DNA of 64,000 nucleotides from an uncultured Alphaproteobacteria bacterium (GTDB lineage Bacteria; Pseudomonadota; Alphaproteobacteria; Sphingomonadales; SMXR01): NCBI GenBank assembly GCA_937126915.1, contig CAKZLM010000017.1, positions 1,357 to 65,356 of the forward strand, read 5' to 3'. Shown piece by piece: positions 18,233 to 26,220 of this stretch (position 1 is its first letter; each line of letters starts with the position of its first letter). The notes under the pieces were generated by a model. It saw only the letters and a program-made list of their open reading frames with translations, ran no database searches and was not told where the DNA came from. The position numbers and the translations under genes were made by a program.

Positions 18233-20956
18233 ATGCTAGGTTTAGGCGCGTTAACTAAAAAATTATTCGGTACTGTGAATGATCGTATCGTTAAAAAATA
18301 CATGAAAGTGGTGGACCAAATTAATGCTTTAGAAGCAAATTTTGAAAAACTAGACGACGCCGCCGTCAAAGCCAAAACCGATGAGTTTCGCCAACGCATA
18401 GAAAAAGGCGAAAGCCTGGATGCCCTTTTACCAGAAGCCTTCGCCACCGTGCGTGAGGCCGCCAAGCGCACCCTTGGACAACGTCATTATGATGTTCAGC
18501 TTATTGGCGGTATGGTTTTGCATAATGGTGACATCACCGAAATGAAAACAGGTGAAGGTAAAACCTTGGTTGCTACCCTTGCTGCTTACCTAAACGCCAT
18601 CGAAGGCAAAGGCGTTCATGTTATTACCGTTAACGATTATCTAGCAGAACGTGATAGTAATTGGATGAGCCAAGTCTATGGTTTCTTAGGCCTAACCACG
18701 GGCTGTATCACAGGCGGGGTTGATGATATGGCCCGCAAAAGTGCCTATGCTTGTGACATCACCTATGGCACCAACAATGAAGTTGGCTTTGCCTATCTGC
18801 GCGATAACATGAAGTATGCCCTGACCGAGATGGTGCAACGCCCGTTTAACTTTGCCATTGTCGATGAGGTGGACAGTATTTTAATTGATGAGGCACGTAC
18901 ACCTCTTATCATTTCTGGTCCCACCGAAGACAAATCTGATCTGTATGTCTCTGTTGGCAATGTGGTGAAAGAACTGGGTGAAGAAGATTATATCAAAGAA
19001 GAAAAGAATAAAACCATCACCCTCACCGAAGAGGGCACCGAACGGGTTGAGCGCTTGCTTGAAGCAGCTGACCTTTTAAATTCAACCAACAATCTTTATG
19101 ACGCCGAGAACACCACCGTTGTTCACCATGTCAATAATGCGCTGCGTGCCCGTCATATGTTTGAAAAAGACAAAGACTATATCGTCAAAGATAACAAAGT
19201 GATCATCATTGACGAATTTACTGGCCGCATGATGGAAGGCCGACGTTATTCTGATGGTCTGCATCAGGCACTTGAAGCCAAAGAAGGTGTTGAAATCCAA
19301 CCTGAAAACCAGACCATGGCCTCTATCACTTTCCAGAACTATTTCCGCATGTATCCAAAGCTTGCTGGTATGACTGGTACTGCTGCCACCGAGGCCCATG
19401 AATTTGGTGATATTTATAATTTGGATGTGGTTGAAATTCCAACCAACGTACCGGTTGCGCGTATTGACGAGCATGATGAATTTTACCGCACCGAGCGTGA
19501 AAAATACGACGCTCTTATTGCTGAAATTAAAGATCGCCAAACTGCTGGCCAACCGATTTTGGTGGGTACTGTTTCCATTGAAAAATCAGAAGAGCTTTCT
19601 GAATTGATGAAGAAGGCAAAGATCAAGCATAATGTCTTGAACGCCCGCCATCATGAACAAGAGGCCTATATCATTGGGCAAGCGGGGCGCAGCGGTGCTG
19701 TTACCATCGCCACCAACATGGCAGGCCGCGGTACAGACATTCAGCTAGGTGGTAATGCCGACATGCGTATCGACGCCGAATGTGCTGAAATTGTCGATGA
19801 AGCAGAGCGTGCGAAAAAAATCGAAGCCATTCGTCAAGAAGTAGCCGCTGACCGCCAGAAAGTATTGGACGCAGGTGGTCTATATGTGATCGGTACCGAA
19901 CGCCACGAAAGCCGTCGTATTGATAACCAGTTGCGTGGTCGCTCTGGCCGTCAAGGTGATAATGGTCGCTCGAAATTTTACCTGTCCCTGCAAGATGATT
20001 TGATGCGCATTTTCGGACCAGAACGTATGGACGCCATGTTGCAACGCCTTGGCATGGAAGAAGGTGAGGCCATCATTCACCCATGGATCAACAAAGCCAT
20101 TGAAAAAGCCCAGCAAAAAGTGGAAGCGCATAACTATGACATCCGCAAAAACTTGCTGAAATACGATAATGTGATGAACGACCAGCGTAAGGTTGTTTAT
20201 GAACAACGTCTTGAGATCATGGGTTCTGATGATGTGTCTGACACCATTGAAGATATGCATGAAGAAATTATTGAAGATGTTGTTTACACCCACGTACCAC
20301 CAAAATCTTTCAAAGATCAATGGGACCTTGAAGGCTTAAAGGTTGAGGTTATGGCAGTCTTCAATCTTGACCTGCCCCTTCTGGACTGGGCTAAAGAAGA
20401 AGGCGTTGGCGAAGAAGAATTAATCGAGCGCATTTCCGAAGCGTCCAAAGCGCAAATGGCTGAAAAGGCTGAAAAAGATGGTGAAATGTGGAAAATGGCT
20501 GAGAAAAGCTTGCTTCTAAAAATTGTTGATGAACATTGGACCGATCACCTATCAACCCTTGATCATTTGCGTAAAGTTATCACCCTTCGTGCTTATGGTC
20601 AGCGTGATCCGTTAAAAGAATATCAAACCGAAGCTTTCACCCTGTTTGAAGGTCTGTTGGTGAAAATTCGTCGTGAGGTTTGTTCTATTCTGTCACGCAT
20701 TGAACTGAACGTTCAAGCGCCTGCCGCTGACTTTACACCAGAAGAACGCCAGACAATTGAAATGCATCGTAACCCGACCACTGGTGAAAATGAAATGGGC
20801 CACAATGAACCTGGCTCATTAATCACTGGCAATCAAACTGCTGCTGATGTGCCCTTTGACCCACAAGATCCAAACACTTGGGGCAAAGTGCAACGCAACG
20901 CAGCCTGCCCATGCGGCAGCGGCAAGAAATTTAAACACTGCCACGGCGCTTTTTAA
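18233..20956 (+). CDS. secA: Preprotein translocase ATPase SecA
   Basis: Canonical N-terminus [18 protein letters not shown] at the internal Met 18233. Walker A (MKTGEGKTL), DEAD-like motif ([21 protein letters not shown]) and a C-terminal zinc motif ([14 protein letters not shown]). Confidence 0.97.
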   Translation: MLGLGALTKKLFGTVNDRIVKKYMKVVDQINALEANFEKLDDAAVKAKTDEFRQRIEKGESLDALLPEAFATVREAAKRTLGQRHYDVQLIGGMVLHNGDITEMKTGEGKTLVATLAAYLNAIEGKGVHVITVNDYLAERDSNWMSQVYGFLGLTTGCITGGVDDMARKSAYACDITYGTNNEVGFAYLRDNMKYALTEMVQRPFNFAIVDEVDSILIDEARTPLIISGPTEDKSDLYVSVGNVVKELGEEDYIKEEKNKTITLTEEGTERVERLLEAADLLNSTNNLYDAENTTVVHHVNNALRARHMFEKDKDYIVKDNKVIIIDEFTGRMMEGRRYSDGLHQALEAKEGVEIQPENQTMASITFQNYFRMYPKLAGMTGTAATEAHEFGDIYNLDVVEIPTNVPVARIDEHDEFYRTEREKYDALIAEIKDRQTAGQPILVGTVSIEKSEELSELMKKAKIKHNVLNARHHEQEAYIIGQAGRSGAVTIATNMAGRGTDIQLGGNADMRIDAECAEIVDEAERAKKIEAIRQEVAADRQKVLDAGGLYVIGTERHESRRIDNQLRGRSGRQGDNGRSKFYLSLQDDLMRIFGPERMDAMLQRLGMEEGEAIIHPWINKAIEKAQQKVEAHNYDIRKNLLKYDNVMNDQRKVVYEQRLEIMGSDDVSDTIEDMHEEIIEDVVYTHVPPKSFKDQWDLEGLKVEVMAVFNLDLPLLDWAKEEGVGEEELIERISEASKAQMAEKAEKDGEMWKMAEKSLLLKIVDEHWTDHLSTLDHLRKVITLRAYGQRDPLKEYQTEAFTLFEGLLVKIRREVCSILSRIELNVQAPAADFTPEERQTIEMHRNPTTGENEMGHNEPGSLITGNQTAADVPFDPQDPNTWGKVQRNAACPCGSGKKFKHCHGAF

Positions 20957-20962
20957 AACGAA

Positions 20963-21068
20963 CGCGCGGTGAAAGCCGCGCCAGCCCTGAGCGGTTCCAT
21001 CGCGAAGGTGAAAACCGTAGCGGGGAACAAATATAAAAAAAGTGAAAGCCGTGCCAGACTTGAGCCTC
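20963..21068 (+). repeat. Three tandem degenerate copies of repeat module C (GTGAAAGCCGCGCCAGCCCTGAGCG-like)
   Basis: The copies are cgcggtgaaagccgcgccagccctgagcgg, gaaggtgaaaaccgtagcgggg and aagtgaaagccgtgccagacttgagcc. The same module recurs at 24003-24027. Confidence 0.75.
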
Positions 21069-21123
21069 AATAAAAACAAGTGACTGCTCACTTATTATTG
21101 GTGCTGTGGTTGTTTTTTTGTTT

Positions 21124-21215
21124 GTTTCCCGATCCTCCCTTTGGTCGTCCGATGAAACGCGCCACAGGCGCGCACTGTTTTCACAATGCGCGATAGTAAA
21201 CTCTATGATCGCGGT
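21124..21215 (+). repeat. Interspersed modular repeat, copy 1 (module A plus a variant middle plus the start of module C)
   Basis: The sequence gtttcccgatcctccctttggtcgtccgatgaaacgcgc...tctatgatcgcggt matches copies at 23317, 23515 and 23940-24005. Confidence 0.8.
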
Positions 21216-21218
21216 AAA

Positions 21219-22166
21219 TTAATCCTTATAAAACTTAACAGGGCGTTGTTCGGCCTCATTAACCCTTAGGTCAAAAACATCTGGGCGGGCGTAATGCCCC
21301 ACCACATCCATATCATATTGGCCGCGGGTTATTTGGTCCAAATCAACCTCTGCTATGACCACACCTTCTTCATTATATATAGGGCCTGCTAGGATGTTAC
21401 CGAAGGGGTCAACAATGCAGGATCCCCCGCGGATTAATACCTCGTTAGGGTCATCGCCCTGTATACAATCATAGTCATCAGGGGCATCGCCACGGGTGAG
21501 ATATTGGCAAGATGATAGCACAAAACAGCGCCCCTCTTGGGCAATATGCTGCATTGACGGGATCCAATTATCACGGTCATCCACAGTTGGTGCACAGTAA
21601 AGCTGAACACCCTTAGCATAAAGCGCGGTGCGCAATAAAGGCATACGATTTTCCCAGCAAAGGGCACCGCCAATTTTACCAATTTCACTATTGACCACGG
21701 TGATGGTAGAGCCATCGCCCTGCCCCCACACGCCGCGTTCTAAGGCCGTTGGCATTAGCTTTCTGTGCTTACCCAAATAAACCCCATCAGCGCCTAAATA
21801 AACCGCCGTACAATAAAGCGTTCCACCATCCTTTTCGATAACACCGACGGTAATATTCAGCGCATTGTCCTTGGCCACTTGGCATAACTGATACAGGTCA
21901 GAACCTTGATGCTGGTCTTTCAGGTCAACACTGCTGTTGGCATAGCGTAGGAAATCATCGCGGCCCGCCTCACTACGCATGCCCAAACGCATACCAAAAT
22001 CAAGCCCTTTGGGATAACCACCAATGAAGGCCTCGGGAAACACCGCAAGCTTTGCCCCCTGTGCGGCCGCCTCACCTGCAAGGCGTTTAAACTTGTCCAA
22101 CATGGCGGATTTATCGAAACAATTTCCCCCTGCTTGTACCACAGCAACCTTAACTTTTTGGCTCAT
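21219..22166 (-). CDS. Nitrilase (branch 1 of the nitrilase superfamily)
   Basis: 315-aa ORF with catalytic contexts FPEAF (Glu), HRKLMPT (Lys) and GALCWENRMPL (Cys). Confidence 0.9.
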   Translation of the reverse strand: MSQKVKVAVVQAGGNCFDKSAMLDKFKRLAGEAAAQGAKLAVFPEAFIGGYPKGLDFGMRLGMRSEAGRDDFLRYANSSVDLKDQHQGSDLYQLCQVAKDNALNITVGVIEKDGGTLYCTAVYLGADGVYLGKHRKLMPTALERGVWGQGDGSTITVVNSEIGKIGGALCWENRMPLLRTALYAKGVQLYCAPTVDDRDNWIPSMQHIAQEGRCFVLSSCQYLTRGDAPDDYDCIQGDDPNEVLIRGGSCIVDPFGNILAGPIYNEEGVVIAEVDLDQITRGQYDMDVVGHYARPDVFDLRVNEAEQRPVKFYKD

Positions 22167-22304
22167 AACGCCACCCCCTTTTTATGTTTACACGCGGCAC
22201 TTTAAAAGATGAACGGCGGATGTACAAGCGCCCCACAGGTCATTCAGAAAGCTTTTTGTAAGATAACAACATAAACGACAGAACCTTATCAAAAGGAGAT
22301 ACCA

Positions 22305-23117
22305 ATGAAACAGAAAAAATATATGGTTGCCCTTGCTGGATTTTCCCTTTTAAGCGGCGTGGCTTCAACCCCATCCCTTGCTGATCATGACTATGGTCGA
22401 GGTTACCGCGATGCCCGCACCCAGCCAACACAGGTTCGTGTCTTCATTGTTAATCGCGATAATCCACAAATTGCCAAGCGCCTGCGTGTGATGCTGCGCA
22501 ATCAATTTGATAACAGCGAAGTGCTTTATGTAAATGATCGCTCACGCGCGGATTTGGTTTATCGCCTTAATGTCAGCTTCAGCGACCCTATTTTGCGTGA
22601 TCATCGGGCCCGCGAAAAAAGCAAAAAGGTTAAAATAAGACCCTCTGATTTTCACCGTGGCAAACGCATAAAAGTGCGCCAGTTCTACACTGCCCATAAA
22701 GAAAAATGGGCCATGCGCTATAAAGCGTCCTACAAGGTGATGCAAAATCGTCGCCCGATTATGAGTGATCATCTACGAGGACGGATCAGAGATAATTACC
22801 ATTATATTGATGATGTTAAAACTCTCACTCCTGCGGGGTGGCGTTATGATGCGCCCCTAAAGGCCAGCTTACAGCCTTTGGCCGATAATGTAATGCCTCA
22901 TAAGCGTGAGCAGTTTTATCGCAGTCTACGTCGTAAAGCGATGCGCGATATAGCTATTAATATTCATGCCTCAGCTCAATCCATCGCTTTATCTTGGGGC
23001 GCGTCTTATGAGCAACCACATAACGAACGTGGTCGTGGAGCAAACCGCCCCATTGCCCGTTGGCAACCAACTGACACCCTGAAAGGCTCACTCACTCCTG
23101 AACGGGTTAGAAACTAA
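22305..23117 (+). CDS. Hypothetical exported, strongly basic (Arg-rich) protein
   Basis: An AAGGAG RBS precedes the ATG. Signal peptide MKQKKYMVALAGFSLLSGVASTPSLA/DH. No family recognised. Confidence 0.6.
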   Translation: MKQKKYMVALAGFSLLSGVASTPSLADHDYGRGYRDARTQPTQVRVFIVNRDNPQIAKRLRVMLRNQFDNSEVLYVNDRSRADLVYRLNVSFSDPILRDHRAREKSKKVKIRPSDFHRGKRIKVRQFYTAHKEKWAMRYKASYKVMQNRRPIMSDHLRGRIRDNYHYIDDVKTLTPAGWRYDAPLKASLQPLADNVMPHKREQFYRSLRRKAMRDIAINIHASAQSIALSWGASYEQPHNERGRGANRPIARWQPTDTLKGSLTPERVRN

Positions 23118-23178
23118 AACAACTCCTCGCTGTTAAGAGGCCCTGACCTAACAACATCAGGGCTCTCAACCCCCACTA

Positions 23179-23217
23179 CCCCTCTCCATGCTCAACCCGG
23201 CGAGGGGATTTTTTTAT
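23179..23217 (+). terminator. Rho-independent terminator after 22305..23117
   Basis: CCCCTC (17-nt loop) GAGGGG followed by ATTTTTTTA. A second hairpin, GCCCTGA...TCAGGGC, lies at 23140-23163. Confidence 0.6.
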
Positions 23218-23244
23218 TCCTCAATCATGTTCTTATTTTGGATT

Positions 23245-23310
23245 GTTCCCCGCCCCTCTGTTTGGTCCCCCGATGAAACGCACTGACGGCTCGGAATTGC
23301 TTTCGCATTC
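23245..23310 (+). repeat. Interspersed modular repeat, copy 2 (degenerate modules A+B)
   Basis: The sequence gttccccgcccctctgtttggtcccccgatgaaacgcactgacggctcggaattgctttcgcattc aligns with copies 3 and 4 with several substitutions. Confidence 0.75.
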
Positions 23311-23316
23311 TACGTT

Positions 23317-23383
23317 GTTTCCCGATCCTCCCTTTGGTCGTCCGATGAAACGTGCTGATGGCTCAGAATTGCTTTCGCAATTC
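23317..23383 (+). repeat. Interspersed modular repeat, copy 3 (modules A+B)
   Basis: Sequence: gtttcccgatcctccctttggtcgtccgatgaaacgtgctgatggctcagaattgctttcgcaattc. Module B ends in a perfect hairpin, GAATTGC-TTTC-GCAATTC. Confidence 0.85.
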
Positions 23384-23514
23384 GGTAAAGCGTGTTTTTA
23401 GGATTGTGCATTGCTCAATCCTATAGCGAGCATTAGCGAAGCGTACCGAGCGACTGCGAGGCCGCAACGCTAGTGAGGATAAGCCTTAGTGGCGTTTGAA
23501 CGAAAATATTAATG

Positions 23515-23581
23515 CTTTCCCGATCCTCCCTTTGGTCGTCCGATGAAACGTGCTGATGGCTCAGAATTGCTTTCGCAATTC
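23515..23581 (+). repeat. Interspersed modular repeat, copy 4 (modules A+B)
   Basis: Identical to copy 3 over about 68 nt (tttcccgatcc...gcaattcgg). Confidence 0.85.
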
Positions 23582-23690
23582 GGCAAAGCACAACTGTTTC
23601 TCAAAAAATATCACCACCCTCAAACCCAAGCTGGCCGTGTCTTGTCGGTGCCATCTGCATATTTATTAACCTTAATGGATAAAAAATAGC

Positions 23691-23718
23691 TTGACTTATC
23701 CGTTTCGCATCATAAATA
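23691..23718 (+). promoter_or_regulatory. Putative sigma70-type promoter of the island operon
   Basis: TTGACT (23691-23696), a 16-nt spacer, then TAAATA (23713-23718). It lies about 40 nt upstream of the ATG at 23758, which has an AGGAGG RBS. Confidence 0.45.
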
Positions 23719-23757
23719 TATAACCAAATTGGCACTAATAAGTTACAGGAGGTTTTT

Positions 23758-23907
23758 ATGGTTAAAATTCTTAAGTCGGTGGGTAAAAATGCCACCAATG
23801 ATATTCATGATGTTGCGGCGGTACAGATGGCGTTGAAAAAGGCAAAGCCCGTGAAGGTGGGTTGTCCGTGGTATAATGGCCCCATTGATGGCAAGATCAG
23901 TCATTAA
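23758..23907 (+). pseudogene. 5' fragment of a disrupted gene with a PG-binding-like N-terminal module (49 codons)
   Basis: ATG with an AGGAGG RBS. The product MVKILKSVGKNATNDIHDVAAVQMALKK...YNGPIDGKISH matches the PG_binding_1-type signature (V..[LV]Q.aL ... Y.G.IDG). The ORF stops where the repeat element begins. Confidence 0.55.
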
Positions 23908-23908
23908 T

Positions 23909-24063
23909 CGTTCGTTTCCAGAAAAGCTCTCACTTTTCTATGAAACGCGCTGACGGCTCGGAATTGCTTTCGCAATTCTATAAGTTGAGTTCTATGATCG
24001 CGGTGAAAACCGCGCCAGCCCTGAGCGCGCCTCATGTGACGACCAAAGGGAGGATACGGAGGC
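23909..24063. repeat. Composite repeat element (module B, module C, inverted module A) apparently inserted into a coding sequence
   Basis: Three matches to other copies: atgaaacgcgctgacggctcggaattgctttcgcaattc; then tctatgatcgcggtgaaaaccgcgccagccctgagcg; then gacgaccaaagggaggatacgga, the reverse complement of module A. The element boundaries are approximate. Confidence 0.7.
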
Positions 24064-24142
24064 CACAAAAAATAGAACGGCGATTAATAGAGCTTTAAAT
24101 GCTAATTGGTGTGGCGTACGAGGCTTAGAGGGAACCACTTGT

Positions 24143-25336
24143 TTGTATGTTCCAGGGCCATACCCGGGGTTTAATGCTTTAACACAAACTAAAAGAAAGG
24201 CCCCGTTTCCAGATGATGAGGTGACAGGGCTGGTGCGGTTAATGGATAAAATCCAAAAGGAGTTTGATTTAACCTTAACCCATGCCAACGACAACATCAC
24301 CCAAGATGGCCGCTTTGCCACCACGCTGGCGATTAACTATGACCAGTTTCTTGATAACGCAACGGCAACACTTTTGCCTAAGGGCAAGGTTCCAAACGCG
24401 GCCTGCAACATTATCCATAAATATGTGAAATCCATCGCAGAATGGAATGAAGGCAGCGCCAATGACTTAGACTTTACGTCAAAACGTCAACTGCAGTGTT
24501 TGAAAAACGCAAAGCAACCAAGTGCAGACTTTTTGAAAAAAGTTAAACTATCCAAACCATCAATGCCAATTATAAGTCAAATGGCTGCTGGCATGGAATA
24601 TAGTATGAAAATCAGTAATCAATCCGTGGTAAATGCAGAAAGACGTATTATTTGTGAGGCATGTAGTGGCGCTGATGATCAAGCCCTAAAAAGCTTTAAA
24701 CTCATTGATGACCTCCCGAATGATGATAGATATACAATTGTATATTTGTCAGACTATCAGTATTCTAAAATTTCTGACGCTATAAATGTTTATTATCCAA
24801 AACTCACAAAAGCTTTAAAGTCATTCGAAGATAGAGCACCCAATGCAATATACAAACAAAAAACATATTTCATGTCAGATACGCCTGAGGTTTTTCAACA
24901 AGTATTAGTGAATCTAAATAAAATTACGGCTTTTCATAATGATGGAAAGGTTACTCATTCTTTATTCTCCACTTTTTCAGAGTTAGCAAATAGAGATAAA
25001 GTTAGCGTTGAATCTTTGGCAAAGATTGGTGGAATAACCGTTGCTGCAATAGCCAAATATGGAAAAGTATTCTTTAATGAAGAATGGTTGGATAAAAAAA
25101 TAGATAACCATTTAATAGAAGAAATTGCGAAAACAACGCTACATGAAATTATTCATTTGGCTTTTAAGTATAGAGCGGATTTAGAGGATTATGCATATTC
25201 CCACGAAAGCCTAGAGGACTTTCAACAAAGAGATCCTGATTCTGTCACGAGATTTAATCGAAGCATTTATTCTCTTAGCTCAGATCACGCTATTAGAAAC
25301 AATGAAAATTATGTAGGCCTTGTTTTCTCATATTAA
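24143..25336 (+). CDS. HExxH zinc metallopeptidase-like protein, aspzincin/M35-like C-terminus (probably the 3' part of the disrupted gene that starts at 23758)
   Basis: 397-codon ORF that opens only with TTG and has no RBS. HEIIH lies at 25142-25156, followed by ADLEDYAYS (a relaxed GTxDxxYG third-ligand motif) and a C-terminal NNENYVGLVF (like the NADSY..F motif of M35 peptidases). The region is AT-rich. Confidence 0.7.
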   Translation: MYVPGPYPGFNALTQTKRKAPFPDDEVTGLVRLMDKIQKEFDLTLTHANDNITQDGRFATTLAINYDQFLDNATATLLPKGKVPNAACNIIHKYVKSIAEWNEGSANDLDFTSKRQLQCLKNAKQPSADFLKKVKLSKPSMPIISQMAAGMEYSMKISNQSVVNAERRIICEACSGADDQALKSFKLIDDLPNDDRYTIVYLSDYQYSKISDAINVYYPKLTKALKSFEDRAPNAIYKQKTYFMSDTPEVFQQVLVNLNKITAFHNDGKVTHSLFSTFSELANRDKVSVESLAKIGGITVAAIAKYGKVFFNEEWLDKKIDNHLIEEIAKTTLHEIIHLAFKYRADLEDYAYSHESLEDFQQRDPDSVTRFNRSIYSLSSDHAIRNNENYVGLVFSY

Positions 25337-25394
25337 GTTTTTTATGGTAAGATTGTTAAACTAAAAATTGAGCTTGGCAATGTCTATTTTAACC

Positions 25395-26162
25395 ATGAAA
25401 AAAATTTATATCGTTTTACTTGGGTTTTATTTTATGAGCCCAAGTAAGGTGGCCTATGCTGGTTCGAGTTTTATCGATTCATATGCAAAAAGCTATCCTC
25501 TAAAAGAAGAAAAAATTCGGTTTTTACTTAAAAAGCATTTTTCAATCGAGCTTGGTGAAGGGTTTGAATTTTCAGGCTATCAATTTGATCCAGATGATGC
25601 CTTAGGCCCATACATTATTAACTACGGAACAAAACCATATCAAGCATCGAAAGATGTTTGTCGCAAAATGACGTTTTCAGTATTCATAAAAGACCCCGAA
25701 GGTGAAAAACAATTAAATCATAATCTGTCTTCAAATCAAATAGCTCTTGGAAAGTGTCAAAGCCAAATGCAATGGATATCTCTCTCAGGTGATAGCGTTC
25801 CTGAATATTATCTTTTGATGGTAATCGATGACCTAAAAGTATGGTTAGAAGATAGTGATATCAATAAGTCGTTTAAAGATAGGTTTTTGAACGTTCAGTA
25901 CCCAAGATATGAAAATTTAAAGAATATTATCTTTGATGTAACCAATAAATATTTCTGCTTTGATTTTTCTTTTCAGTTAAAAAACGACGAAGACCTAGTT
26001 AAGCGACCCGTGAAGTTTTATCTAGATTTTGCAGTATCTAATCAGTATCTCATACCTGTGTCTTTTACAACCGATTATGACTTTTTTAATGCCAACCTAC
26101 CATCTAGAATGCATATCGAGAATAGAAGGTATCGCTGTGATTTGAACGATTTGATTGAATAG
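25395..26162 (+). CDS. Exported hypothetical protein, paralogue A
   Basis: Signal peptide MKKIYIVLLGFYFMSPSKVAYA/GS; the alternative upstream starts at 25368 and 25380 are less likely. It is collinear with the next gene over its full length, with conserved Cys residues. Confidence 0.7.
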   Translation: MKKIYIVLLGFYFMSPSKVAYAGSSFIDSYAKSYPLKEEKIRFLLKKHFSIELGEGFEFSGYQFDPDDALGPYIINYGTKPYQASKDVCRKMTFSVFIKDPEGEKQLNHNLSSNQIALGKCQSQMQWISLSGDSVPEYYLLMVIDDLKVWLEDSDINKSFKDRFLNVQYPRYENLKNIIFDVTNKYFCFDFSFQLKNDEDLVKRPVKFYLDFAVSNQYLIPVSFTTDYDFFNANLPSRMHIENRRYRCDLNDLIE

Positions 26163-26220
26163 GTTTTTGACTATTTTGCAATAAAAACACCATTGTTAAC
26201 AGCCATGATAGGAGGCTCGT

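Noticed and set aside
20819-21091. 90-aa minus-strand ORF spanning the secA 3' end and the module C repeats
   Set aside because: It overlaps the secA zinc-finger coding region and repeat DNA. It is most likely a chance ORF.
23317-23581. Possible CRISPR-like array (identical direct repeats with a unique spacer)
   Set aside because: The repeat is about 68 nt, far longer than CRISPR repeats. There are only two identical copies plus one degenerate copy, and the spacer is 131 nt. Further copies are dispersed, one of them inverted, and no cas genes are in the window. It is better explained as a mosaic interspersed repeat.
23984-24142. Upstream open extension of the 397-codon ORF (VEFYDRGENRASPERASCDDQREDTEATKN...)
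   Set aside because: This stretch is encoded by repeat-family sequence that also occurs in non-coding contexts at 20963-21215. It is therefore read as inserted DNA, not native coding sequence.
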